A stretch of DNA of 64,000 nt, from positions 558,001 to 622,000 of the forward strand of contig OZ193910.1 in the NCBI GenBank assembly GCA_964276515.1, in the 5' to 3' direction. Every line of letters starts with the position of its first letter. The first letter of the stretch is position 1. This DNA is from Gordius albopunctatus (Eukaryota). Below the pieces are notes generated by a model. It had not been told where the DNA came from. It saw nothing but the letters and a program-made list of their open reading frames with translations, and did no database searches. The translations under genes and the position numbers were made by a program. Positions 1 to 12,061 of this stretch are shown in pieces.

Positions 1-1350
1 AAGTAGGTTATAATTATTGTTGATATGCTATCAGAAAATACAGCTAATGAGATTATGAAAGGTAGTGTTGAAATATCATCTGGATTGGCCATGGCTTCCT
101 ACAAAAATATACTTCTATAAAACATGTGTTAAAATAGATCAAAGTTTTGTGATTATTGTTATTTGCTCAACAAATTTTTATCGGAAATGCAAAAACACAA
201 GTTTTTATTTGTAATAGTATGTATATCTAGCCATGACACAAAACGTAATGGTTTGGGATATAAAGGTAATTACTTTAGGACTAATCAAAAAGGTAATGTA
301 ATATTTAACAGAATGAAATAAAAATGAGTAAACAAAAATATTAAATTGAGAGTTAATTACAAATAAATTAAGTTTGCCATAATTTAAATACTAAAGTAAC
401 AAAACAATAACACCATAAAAATTGATTACCTCAAATAATTGATAAAATAGACTATCCATATCAAGTGATCTAGATGAAATAAAGTAATCAAAAAGTCGAG
501 TTAAGGAAATTAATTTGGGAATGTAAGCTTCAAATGGCACTTCACAATTTGTCAGATTTTTTCTGAAATCTGACAAGGCCAACTTTACTATACCATTTAT
601 TAATGTTTTGGGGAAACAGGATCTAAAACAAAATTAATAAGAATAAAAATATGTTTAAATTTACCCTAAATGAGCTAAGGCCCATTCAAAGTGAGGTGCA
701 TATTGCACATTTGCTTGCATTAATGTTGTGATATAATCATGTGTTGGATAATTTAAAATAGAAACTGAAAAACATTCACCAATTATATCAATCAATAATA
801 AAACAGGAGGCAATTCTAACCAAATTGAGATAATCTTGACCAATGATGGCAAATTCTTAAAATCCGGTTTTATATTATTTATAGTCCAAATATGTCCACC
901 ATTTAAACTACATATTCTTCCCAACAAATGTATTGCCCACTTTAATTTAAAATATATATAAATATATTATATATACCGGAGATATTATGTCACCCCAATA
1001 TTTAGGGTTTTCTTCAATTAAAGTTATTAGGCAGGATTTAATATTTAAGAAAGAATCTTCGTATAACTCATTAAAGGCTCCAACTAAATAATATTTCAAC
1101 TTAAAAATAATTTTACCATCTTTTTTAATAACATAAAAATGGAAAGAATTCTCTAAAAGCTTTGAAAAATAGTCAAGGACTGCATTTTTAGTAAATGGAA
1201 TAGTGTTAATCAAATTTATTGCTGATTTCGTAAGATCTTTAGGAGGAATAGGCTTTTTCGCAAACAAATTTCCATTTACAAAATAATTTATTTCATTTAT
1301 TATCTAATATCATTTAGATAATATAGATTATAATTAAATATTACTTCCAT
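1..1350 (-). CDS. INTS5: Integrator complex subunit 5, 5' part (multi-exon, runs off the window start)
   Basis: Spliced translation ME|IINEINYFVNGNLFAKK...AVLDYFSKLLE...LIEENPKYWGDIISP|WAIHLLGRICS...NVQYAPHFEWALAHLG|SCFPKTLINGIVKLALSDF matches the INTS5 N-terminal region (human [22 protein letters not shown]...[20 protein letters not shown]). GT-AG introns of about 33-42 nt join the ORF-track pieces. Confidence 0.85.
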
Positions 1351-2230
1351 TTTCAAATTTAAAATCAGCAGCTAAAGTGCTTTATGGTACATATTTTTAA
1401 ATCACTGGGGCCAGTGTAGGGTTATCAATTCAAGTGTAATGAGATTCAAGTGTGTAATAAAACGCACTAATTTCCTACAAGCGTAAAACTAAACAAGATC
1501 ACGTGATTTTCACCAAATCGCCATTGGTTATGAACTTTATACAGAACAATTGAACGTGTATAAAACACTCGTTACGAGATTAATAAACAACTGTTACCAT
1601 TTTCAAGCTAATAAACCTACAAACAACTCTAACCATTTTCAAGTAGTGCCATTTTCCGATTTGGAATTTGGGAGGACTATAATAAGTTGTTAATTAAAAG
1701 TAAGTAATATATAACATGTTTTATATAAAGCATTAGATATTAAAGAGTGATATACTTGTGTTTACAAAATCTGTAAATTTTTTCTGGAAATATGTGAAGG
1801 TTATAAGACATGAAGAGGAGAAATAAATAGTAATGAGGAGTTATCACGATGGCCCAACAAACTCTATCAAGGAATTTTGGAAAGTCACATGGGGACTAAT
1901 AAAACTAGGAACAAAATATCTGAAAAGTGCATCATATTTCTAATCATTGTAAATATGTTGATTTAGGTATTTGTGGCCCAAATTGTGTTCAGATATAAGT
2001 GATTATTAGCATCTCATAACCATTTTGATATAATGATATTTATAATAAAATTTTAATATCCATTGTATTATATTACTGTGTTATATAAACTTAAGCAATA
2101 ATTAAGTCATAACTCTAAAATAAACAAGGAACAAAATATCTGAAAAGTACATCACATTTCTAATCAGAGTAAATATATTCATTTAGTTATTGGTGTCCCA
2201 ATATGTGTTCAGATATAAATGATTATATAG

Positions 2231-3842
2231 GGGACTTGGTTCAGGCAGCACAGAAATAGGAGCTAGAACTCGTCACGATCATCACATTTCGTTACTCTCG
2301 TCACGAAAATCATATGAAAAATTGATATGGTGAAATCATATATCTTAGATACTAGCTATATGTACGTAATTATTAAATAATTTGTAATCATCTTATAGAT
2401 TTCTAAATAAATGGTGAAAGTATATATCTGTCGGATATTTGTAGCGCCACATATCTTAGATCCTAGCTATATGTAGGTAATTATTTAATAAATTGTAATC
2501 ATCTTATAGATTTTATATATAATATTTGTAGACTGAAAGATTTCATAAAATGAGAACCAAAATTTTATTATAGCTTTCTAAATAAATCATTTATACAATA
2601 TTTATTAAAATTCAGTGAACAATATGTATTATATATATTCAGTGAACAATATGTATTATATATAATTAGAGAGTAATAAATAAACATTTCTTTCTCCGTA
2701 CTTCATGTAAGAAGATATGTGTTTCAAATATGTTGATGCATGTATTTCATGATTTCTGTAATGATCTTGCAAATTTTTGATGCAAGTTTCCTTTTGTATT
2801 TCTATATTCGATTTAAGATTGATCATTTTCTCTTGATTTATCTTTTTAATGTTTGAGTCACTTTCTCGTTGTATTGTTTTCATATGTTTTAATTTGTTGT
2901 GGAATCCTTCTATGTGATTATTAGTTCTTGGCAGACAATTTTCTTCATATCTTCCCCACATTTTGTATTTAAATTGGGCATCTTCTCCTACCCATACATT
3001 TTCCATATACTGTAATAATTTATATAAAGGTGAGTCAATGGATTGTTTGGCTTCTTGAACAAAACAAGAAAATTCTCTATGAACATCTTCTTCATTCAAA
3101 AATGGCAGTGACATTAAGCTTCTTAAAGTAACGTATATCCCTTTGCTGATTTTGTAATCAATAGCCAAGCCCAGAGACTTAGCCCTCTTGTATATCGCTT
3201 GGATGAAATGAAAGAAACTACTTTGTCCCATATAACAAAAAGGTTAGCCAAAGTCGCCATCTATAAGTGAAAAAATTTTTATTGAATGATAAAAATAATT
3301 CTTACAAAATTTTGCTATTGGAATTAAAATGTATTAATTTATTGTTTATCTTTTAAATTCATTTATCTGCATTAAATTTTTCATAGCTAATGGACTAATT
3401 TTCATATAAGATTGACTAATAACTCAATTGATGTTAAAGATTATAATATAAATGGCAAGGGTTAATATAAATTTAAAATTAAGCTGCATTAACTAAAATA
3501 CCTTTATAAGTTTCTTCTGGAATAATGCTTTTTTTAAATGAATATTCACTAAAAGATGACAGGTATTTTTCAATTTTACCTTTTCTAATAAGATCATATA
3601 TAACTTAGATAATAATACCTGAATTTACAATTCATTGGTATTAATAAATATAAGTTACTTTATGAGTTATTGAAAAATTTGCATTACAATTTTACATTTC
3701 TTGCTGACTTCGTAAATTCTAAAAAATATGCACAGCCTTTGTTAAAACAAGCTTAAACGATAGGAAAAACAAGTAATCGATAAAATGCGAAACTATTTTT
3801 GTGCTGCTTTTTGTGTCGATTGTGCTGCTTCAACCATGATCC
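2231..3842 (-). mobile_element. Mutator/MULE element with transposase fragment, nested in the Ginger-like element
   Basis: 9-bp TSD ATTATATAG (2222-2230 and 3843-3851). Imperfect TIRs GGGACTTGGTTCAGGCAGCACA / TGTGCTGCTTCAACCATGATCC. Internal ORF 2656-3231 has MULE motifs. Confidence 0.85.
2656..3231 (-). pseudogene. MULE transposase C-terminal fragment
   Basis: FHFIQAIYK...LMSLPFL...YMENVW...PRTNNHIEGFHNKL are typical of the Mutator DDE C-terminal half. The N-terminal part is missing. Confidence 0.8.
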
Positions 3843-4342
3843 ATTATATAGCACTAGCACCTCATAACCATTTTGATGTAATAAATGATATTTATTTAAA
3901 TAAAAAAAAATTTTATTACTTTGCTAAACTTGTGCTATAGCTATCAATGGAAATTACATATTATAAAACTAAGTCTCAAAATATGATTTCAATGATCTTT
4001 ATCAAACAAAAAGACTTATTATAAATGAGCAAATAAAACATAGCTATCAATATATATTTATATATGTCATTAAAAAAAATATAATTTCAATGATCTTTAT
4101 CCAATAAAAAGACTTATTATAAATGAGAAAATAAAAAATAGCTATCAATATATATTTATATATGTCATAAATTTTGATTTATTTTGTTTAAAAATTTAAA
4201 AATGACCGTCAATCACGACATACGTCAATCAAAGTCAGATTGACACTTGAATCTGATCATACTTGAATATGATAACCTGACACAAGGTAATGTTGGTGAA
4301 ACGCTTAGCACCAACATGTGTAGCCCCTCCCATCTACATAGC

Positions 4343-4510
4343 ATAGTCACTTGGAGGCGCTACAGCTATAGCAAATAGTCACGTGGAGGCGCTACAGTTG
4401 TAGGACATAGTCACGTGGAGGCGCTAAAGCTATAGCACATAGTCACACGAGGGCGCTAGAACTGTAGGACATAGTCACACGAGGGCGCTAGAGCTGTAGG
4501 AGATAGTCAC
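4343..4510 (+). repeat. 32-bp tandem repeat (5 copies plus a partial) in the putative LTR
   Basis: ATAGTCAC(G/A)..GGCGCTA.AG.T.TAG units start at 4343, 4375, 4407, 4439, 4471 and 4503. Confidence 0.9.
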
Positions 4511-4606
4511 ATAAGGTTGTTGCGTCCATTGTCTTAATTGATTTGGAACTTAATTGACACATTTAGATTACCTTACTACTTCGCGACGTTAATGGACCAA
4601 TCAAGC

Positions 4607-4720
4607 ATACCTCGCGGATTCACCACTAAATGTAATTGATTTATTTATACCTCGCGGAGGCACCACTAAATTTAATTGATTTGTTTATACCTCGCTGAGG
4701 CACCACTAAACTTAATTAAT
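4607..4720 (+). repeat. 40-bp tandem repeat (about 3 copies) in the putative LTR
   Basis: ATACCTCGCGGAGGCACCACTAAA..TAATTGATT repeats with a 40-bp period. Confidence 0.85.
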
Positions 4721-6394
4721 TAATTCAATTAATTCACGAGTATATAAAAGAGTTTAAAACACTCCTTACTCACTTACTTTTCTCGCAAGCGATTTACTTT
4801 AATTGGATATGCAATAAAGTAATAATTACTTTATCATTCTCGTATTTACTTCCCGAAAGTGGTGACCCACCCTTGTTATACGCCCCCTTCTATCCTACTC
4901 TTACCCAACCCTTGTTGTACGCAACCTTGTAAATGGATACCAACCAAGTTGATGACGTCCAAATTAAATCGGAAAACGCTATGTTTTTTAAATTGCCCCC
5001 CTTCACTCGTATAAATCCCCTCTTATGGTTTGTTCAGATAGAGGCCCTTTTCACGATTCGACGAATAACATCTGAGTCTAGAAAACTTGGATACGTGATT
5101 GATTGCCTCCCACAAGAAGTCATAATAGAGATCCAAGACTACTTGGAAAATCTACCGTCTGAGGCTCCGTACACCACCATCTGGTCAGCTCTTATCGACC
5201 GCACAACAAAATCGGACTCAGCACGATTTCTCGACCTACTGTCCAACGTGCAATTGGGTGATCGTTGAACCTAACAACTCTATAGACACATGAAAAGCCT
5301 CCTGGGTACCGCCAAAATGAACGATATCATCTTAAAACAATTGTGGTTGGAAAAACTGGATAACAACATGGCCAGCATCTTGGCTATCTGTGCAAGTGAC
5401 CAGAATTTAGTCAAGCTAGCTGAAACAGCTGATAAAATCACGGAAACGTACCAAATCGTTCTATTCGAATTTGTGGGGACTTTAGAGTCACTTTAAACCC
5501 TTACCTTAGTACCAATCATCATATGGCGCCAACGTTTGATGATTTAATTACAAAAATAGGAGGTGGTTGACGCGTATTTGTAAATGATGGTAGATGCAGA
5601 GAGTAGACATTTGTTAACAATTGCTACGCATGTTGGTCATTTTAGGTACAAACGGTTGCCATTTGGTTTAGCGACGGCACCAAATCTTTTTCAAAGATAT
5701 ATGGAAAACTTATTAGATGCAATTCCGCAGACTGGAGTACTATTAGACGATATAGATGACTTAAGAAATTTAAATGAAGTACTAATGAGGATGCAAAAGG
5801 CCGGTTTGAAAACAAAGAAGGGAAAAATGAAATTTTTCAAAGATTTCTTAATTTATTTGGGACACAAAATTGATTCAGCTCGTATTCACCCCACTGACGA
5901 ACGTGTAGAAGCTATAAGGAAATTTAAAGTACCATCTAACAAGAAAGAGCTACGATCATTTTTGGGATTGGTGAATTATCAAGAACGTTTTATTCCTAGG
6001 TCACATGAAAAATTCGCCCGCTTACATGCACTGACCGGTTCGTCCGTGATGTGGAAATGGACGGCTACAGAACAAACAATTTTTGACGATGTTAAGAAAT
6101 TGCTGTCATCGTCTGATACTGTAGTTCCTTATATGCCTACGTTGCCACTAAACCCTGCAGTAGATGCATCGGAGACGGGGTTAGGCGCTGTGGTTCGGAG
6201 AAACCGATTGCTTATGCATCCCGAACTTTAAGCAGTGCCGAAAAAAGATATTCTACCATAGATCGTGAAGCTCGTGCGATCATTTACGGGGTTGAAAAGT
6301 TTAATCAATATCTTCGGAGAAGACAATTTACTTTAACAACCGACCACAAACCTTTGGAGCGGTTATTCGGATGTAATCGGGATTTACCAATATA

Positions 6395-6545
6395 TGTAGT
6401 ATTATTTACTACACAGAATTTATTATTCAAATATGATTAACTAAAAACACATATCATACAATCACGTGTATATACACTAGGAACAACGAACTTAAACGTA
6501 TATATAAATACAAAGCATTAATCTATTATATTACACCCTCCAAGC
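6395..6545 (-). mobile_element. Short LTR (~141 bp) with polypurine tract from a second, oppositely oriented LTR element
   Basis: TGTAGTAT...ATATTACA inverted ends (6395-6535). The minus strand reads TGGAGGG (PPT-like) directly before TGTAATAT, with AATAAA near the other end. Confidence 0.5.
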
Positions 6546-6789
6546 CTAAAAAATTATTTAAAAAATAGGCAAAAATTTTTTGCCATCTCATGATAATCGC
6601 GCTTTTTTTAAGATAGAAAATTGGCATTACTTGTAAATATTATTCGATAGCAATATCAGAATTTTTTCCAAATTTTTATAATACTTAAGTTTTTTTTATT
6701 TATTTCATTATTATCCACAAAATACATATTTTTAATTATAATAATCGTTCAAAATCTATATAATGTATATAATAAGCAATATTTATAGA

Positions 6790-6871
6790 GCGGTCGTGGC
6801 CGAGTGGTTAAGGCGACTGACTAGAAATCAGTTGGGATTTTCCCGCATAGGTTCGAATCCTATCGACCGCG
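6790..6871 (+). tRNA. tRNA-Ser-AGA: tRNA-Ser (anticodon AGA)
   Basis: Acceptor stem GCGGTCG/CGACCGC, A-box TGGCCGAGTGG, anticodon arm ACTGA-CTAGAAA-TCAGT, long variable arm GGGA-TTT-TCCC, T-loop GGTTCGAATCC, discriminator G, and a downstream T7 Pol III terminator. Confidence 0.97.
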
Positions 6872-7372
6872 GTTTTTTTATATTTTTTTAACATCAATAG
6901 AAGCTTATTTTTCCAAATATAAAATATATAATTAATAAATAAGCTGGCATGGAGCCATGGATTGAGATTGTATTAGCCCTCCTATAAAAAAAAACGTTTT
7001 GATAAAAAAATATGATTTTGTTTCGTGTACCTTCTAAAAAATGAAAATCAAAGGGGCGGTTATGGAGCGGCACTCCATTAGTTGGAGCGAGAGCGCTCCT
7101 TTTAATATGTAGGAGCGGGAGCGGGAGTTCGCTCCTTTTGAGAAGGTAGAAGCGGGAGTCGCTACTTTTAAAAAGGAGCGATAACAAGACTGATAGTTTT
7201 ATATAAATCTTTTTATCGTTTTCCGCCATTATTTAATTTTATAAAATTATATTAAAGGGGTAGGGGGTCGAGCGAGAGAAAATCCAATCCTTTAAAGTTA
7301 TTTAAATCCAAAATTTGACAAGTTAAAAAAGTGATTAAAATAGTGTGAGCCTTAAATTAATCATTTCACCTA

Positions 7373-7674
7373 CAGTCGAAACTTCTTAATCGCAAATCGG
7401 ATTATCGCGAAGTTAACCGCCATTTTGTTTTTTTAAACGATAATATCAACAAAAACATCGTTTATTGACAAATCACTTAATAGTACAATATCCGATATTC
7501 ACAAACATTTTCGAGTTCCTAAATCAACCAGATAATTATATAAAATATCGTTTTATTGCGAAGCGTAAGAAATGAATATTTAATATAATGTACATATAGA
7601 TATACTTTTATTTCCATCGGTTAATCGCGAAAAAAAATCAGGGCTAAGGCTTTGCAATTAAACGGTTTTGACTG
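7373..7674. mobile_element. Tc1/pogo-type MITE
   Basis: TA|CAGTCGAAAC..TTAATCGCAAA at the left end and TTTGCAATTAAACGGTTTTGACTG|TA at the right: TIRs with a TA target duplication. Confidence 0.75.
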
Positions 7675-8137
7675 TATTTAAAAGAAACAAAATTGTTTTT
7701 CATTTACATGTTTAGGTTAGAGACAATAAAATGATTGATAACGATTTTCATCTACTTATAAATGCGCACTTTATTAAGCAAGACAAGATATGGAATTTAT
7801 GCTGACCACTAGAAGAAAAGTGATTGTGTTGCCATTATTTAAAAATATTTGTTTATAAAATTGCATAGTTCAACTCTCACTAAGAATGCTGTCAACTTGT
7901 AATAAGGAACTAAATTTGACTTTTTATAAATACCCCTCACACTTATATAAAAAGGGCAATCAGCGATTGTTAATCACTATAGCTGTGTCTTTATTACCAC
8001 AAATAATAATTTGAACTTTTCATTCTTCTTTATTGATTTAGATATATGCTACCATAAATCGACGAACAAATTTTTTAATCACTTAAATAAATATATATTC
8101 AAACATAAGATATATAAACACAATATTTTTATAATAA

Positions 8138-10515
8138 TTATTTGCAATATCTGTCTGCCTTCATTTTTTCTCGCCTATTTAAAAAATTATAATTATAATA
8201 AACAAAACATTTTATTTCAAAAATATCGTCTGCGTTCGAGACTAGATTATACTTACCGATCTAAAAGTATTTCGTGGATGTGACCTTCTTTACGGGCTTT
8301 TTTTACATTTTTCAAATTATCCGAACATATTTTGATTCTACGATCTTGAAAACTTTGAAATTTTTGTCTGTAAGTTGTTCAATAATAAACAAATATAAAA
8401 TTGAATCATATATTATTGTAATAAATTATAGAAAAATTTCTTATGAAAATAAACATTATGTTTCAAATGTTAAAATCTAAAATAAGGTGGAAAATTAGTA
8501 GTTTTGCTACATATAGAATATCATTGAGATGCACATTTTTAAAAATTTAACTCACATATAATTAAGTTCAACTTGGGCCGCTTTAGCTCTTTCTTCAACA
8601 GGAATCGGGTTTTCTTTTTCACGCGATGCGTTTGATCTAAACTATTGTAGTGAATAAACCGAAAAGAACTTGTTTTTTAGTTTTTTGCATAAAGTAAAAA
8701 TATTCATTATGATGCCACCTAAACTTCTAATTTTAAAATATAATATTAATAATAAAAGTAAACTATAATACAGATTAGAACTAGTATTTGAAATTTAATC
8801 ATTTGTGTCCCATAACATTAAACAAATACAACATAATTTTAGGCAGCATAATAACCAATTTTAGGTAAAAGAGGGCAAAATAACTAAAAATCTAACGGTA
8901 TATCTAAAATTGTAGGGCTTATTTAATTTAGCAACACAATCCATGTTTTATACTTTAATAATTTCACAAGGACCAGCAGTTGTTTTGATGCATTTGAACA
9001 AATCTTCTTTTTCATCCCCATTTTCCCCTTCAGTCAAGCAAGAGAGGAAACAATTATTTGATGCTTGAAGTGCCATTTTACTCTGCAAAGTGAGCAATAT
9101 TAAAAAGTGAATTTATACTGTCTATCTCATCATTATGCAAAATCGATATTTATACAGTTGAAATTGAAAATTTTGATTTAGAAGGGTGCAGCTAAAGCCC
9201 ATATGTGTCAAAAGCAAGGTTACAATTAAAATAGCTAATTTTGACTTAAAGAATCAATATTATATTCAACTTAAAGGAGACATGCATAAATGGTTTCCCA
9301 TCATATTGCATAAGTTTGCCTAACTTCTCTCTTTTTTTAACTCCTATTTTTTTATTAAATGAAACTATAAACAACTATAAAAATCATATGCGAGGTAAAC
9401 ATTCGAAAACTGCGATAGCATTGAAATGACAAATAATGATTCCGATTTTCTGTTTAATGAAAAAAGTTTCCCTATTGTCAAGGGTATTGGCAGGTATATG
9501 GCGTCCCAATTCTTTCAGAAGGGCTTACTTCTCTTTAGTCTAAGAAATATTTTATCAATCAATAATTTCACGCAATAAAGTTTTATTTTTACAATGCATT
9601 TTCCATTAATTGCAAAATATCTATCAAATGTTCTTTGAAATATCTATGCTACAAAACTAAAAATAATAGGATTTAAACAAAACATTATGTTTGTTAAAAA
9701 TATTTGAGAATAATTCATGATCAAAATTAAAGAATCTTATGACATATACGTATGCAATACAAAATAAATTTAATAAAAAGATTGCCTGTATGCTATATCA
9801 ATTTAAGGTATCAGAAGTACAAAATTTTTAGCACAGCTCTTAATTCAACAACTATAAATAACAATTATTAATTGTTAACTATTGTGTATAAAGATTCAAA
9901 TTTGTATAAAACAAATGAATACCCCTTCAAAAACAGGTTCCCATTGTTCTCTAGGACCAACAGCATCTGCTCTCCCAATTAAATTAGAGCTCGAATCAAT
10001 TCCTAAATACTTTCCAAATCCTGATTTCAGACCTATTTTTCTCTCTGAAAGTCTTAGGGCTGTAAATACCTCTTCAGGGCTTGGTCCCTCTCCTGATTAT
10101 AACATAAACATTTTAATATATCTTATCCTGTATTATTTCAAAATCATCAGACTATTTGAAAAAGAAGGGAACCTTGAGGATGAGTGATCCCTAATGAAAA
10201 TAACCCATTTGTAAGGCAGCACACATAAGTTCGTGGCAGAACTTCAATACATACTTGTCCAAGAATGTCTTCAAACCTTTCAATTAGCCACCAGCCGTCT
10301 AAATAACACAAAAAAAAATTATTTAAAAACATCAACAATTTAAAACCATGATCTTTCAAGTCTTCATCAATGTGCACTGGTTCAACATCTTTCTCCTGAT
10401 TTCTAACTTTTTTCGCTTTCCTAAAAAGATTACAATATTAAACGCTTACAGCATACTTTTTGTGATGTCCTTTAAATTTTAATCGAGATAGCTTAACTCT
10501 ATCGAATTCTGACAT
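8138..10515 (-). CDS. FRG1: FRG1 (FSHD region gene 1) homolog, multi-exon
   Basis: Exons give [34 protein letters not shown]...[38 protein letters not shown]...[36 protein letters not shown]...[14 protein letters not shown] and [11 protein letters not shown], matching FRG1 including its C-terminal KADRYCK. Confidence 0.96.
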
Positions 10516-11463
10516 AAAATTTCTAACGTAGGTGACAAATGGTTACCAAAGACATAGACTAATAAAACCATAGACTGCCTAACAGATGAGTTTTACTATT
10601 AAAATCTTTCATGCACCAAAATAGGTGCTATAATGTAGGAAAAACTCAACAACAGGTATATTTATACTTTTATACGATAATATATTGAAGAATATAAATA
10701 AGACTGATAGCTTAATTTATAAATTAATAAAAAAAATAAGTAAATTAGAAAAATAAATTATGCAGAATTCTATTGTTTGGTTAAAATTTCCCTAAAAATG
10801 GCACTTGATATATTTGCTAAAAGTGTAGAGAGCTTAGTTTTATGTTACTTTAAGATAGCTAAAGGCTCGTGTTTAAAATGTGGTAGGACAAAAAGTCAAT
10901 ACATGTGGAATCCATTTTGAAGAAAAAAATTTTTGTCAAGAAACTATAGAAAGGCCATCAGACACATCTTTCCTTCAATGACCGAAAAGAAAATTTATGA
11001 CTTATATTTCTGCTATATTGGATTAATTAATGTTATTATAGGTCCTCAATTGATGTTCACCATAGACCCGTTGTTTGGCGGTACCTTCCAGTGTGATGGA
11101 GAGGCGCCTAATAAATTTAGGGCAATGCAATGAAATGCTTTGTGTTATCCGTAAAAATTCTGTCGATACTTGTCATGGTTATTAAATGGTGGCGAATAGG
11201 TTATGTAATATTGATCAGATAAAATTTATATGACAGTGCAGTATGTCGACGATCCAGGTGCAAATATAATTATGGATTGTGTTTGGAAACTACAAACTAG
11301 GTGGAAATAGCTAGGATAACTTTATCTCTCATGATTAACCAGTTTACTCTCCCTTTATATCCGACTTGGGAATGCTCAGCGCGCTAACATTCAGAGCGGT
11401 GTTTTGGGGCATTCAAATCCTAATATTTATCAAACATATTTGCGATTATTCGGTTTGTAAATC

Positions 11464-11664
11464 GGATAGGGGTCAAAGTAGCACAGAAAAAAGTAGCACA
11501 GATATTTAAAACAATTATAACTTTTCATATAGTATATAGATAAGCATTAAAAGTAAGAACCCTAACCCTGACCCTATCCTAATATTTTCTATATACTATA
11601 TGAAAAGTTATAATTGTTTTAAATATTTGTGCTACTTTTTTCTGTGCTACTTTGACCGGTTCCC
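11464..11664. mobile_element. Palindromic MULE-like MITE with a telomere-like core
   Basis: About 70-bp near-perfect inverted arms (GGTCAAAGTAGCACAG...), flanking direct repeat TGTAAATC (11456-11463 and 11665-11672), and a central CCCTAACCCTGACCCTATCCT. Confidence 0.85.
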
Positions 11665-11858
11665 TGTAAATCATATTTAAGAGTGGTGTACGATGGATAT
11701 TCGTCTGTTCATCTGAACGTCGCCTGTTTATTCGACGAAATGTATTAACATCGGACAAGTTTAAACCTACCTTAAGTTAAATTTTTTAGCGTGATTAAGG
11801 TATAAATTGCCTTTGTTTATATTAAGATGGTGTCGCAAAGGATCATATCAGTATAGAC

Positions 11859-12061
11859 TAGTGTTATAAAAATGGCTGGGTGTTGTTTGCTCGACCTTTG
11901 GTTATAGTCGGCTAAACATAAACAGACCAAAGTTGTTCTGACCCAATAAAGTTTGCTCTATTTATGCGACTAAAAAAACCGACACCAAAAAACCTTTGGT
12001 CTGTTTATGTTTAGTCGATTAAAACGAAAGGTCGACCAAAAAAAACCGAGCTGTTTCACTA
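11859..12061. mobile_element. hAT-derived MITE
   Basis: TAGTG...CACTA ends, perfect 8-bp TSD GTATAGAC, and an internal inverted repeat (CTAAACATAAACAGACCAAAG / CTTTGGTCTGTTTATGTTTAG). Confidence 0.85.

Larger units (their letters stand above)
1415..4282 (+). mobile_element. Degenerate Ginger-like (gypsy-integrase) DNA transposon
   Basis: Imperfect ~40-bp TIRs (TGTAGGGTTATCAATTCAAGTG.. / ..ACTTGAATATGATAACCTGACA) with TGT...ACA ends. Flanks CCAG/CAAG (3/4 match). Relic integrase zinc-binding motif at ~1830-2005 (YHDG...SHMGTNKTRNKISEK|YLWPKLCSDISDY). Confidence 0.55.
4291..6390 (+). mobile_element. Ty3/Gypsy (Mag-type) LTR retrotransposon remnant: putative 5' LTR, PBS, gag, RT and RNase H
   Basis: LTR-like segment (~4291-4858) with TATA, AATAAA and tandem repeats, followed by PBS-like TGGTGACCC at ~4860. 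gag 4933-5496 (KLPPF..NPLLWFVQIEALF..IT) has an in-frame stop. RT reads RLPFGLATAPNLFQ..LLDDI, and RNase H reads [10 protein letters not shown]../[31 protein letters not shown] in a shifted frame. Protease and integrase are absent. Confidence 0.85.

Noticed and set aside
4343..4720. Regularly spaced 32-bp and 40-bp repeats resembling a CRISPR array
   Set aside because: They are head-to-tail tandem units without unique spacers, inside a eukaryotic LTR-like region, with no cas genes.
6894..7229. 111-aa ORF with GGAGCG repeats next to the tRNA
   Set aside because: It looks like transposon subterminal repeats rather than coding sequence, and the termini could not be defined.
9882..10187. Plus-strand 101-aa ORF
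   Set aside because: It is antisense to FRG1 exons.
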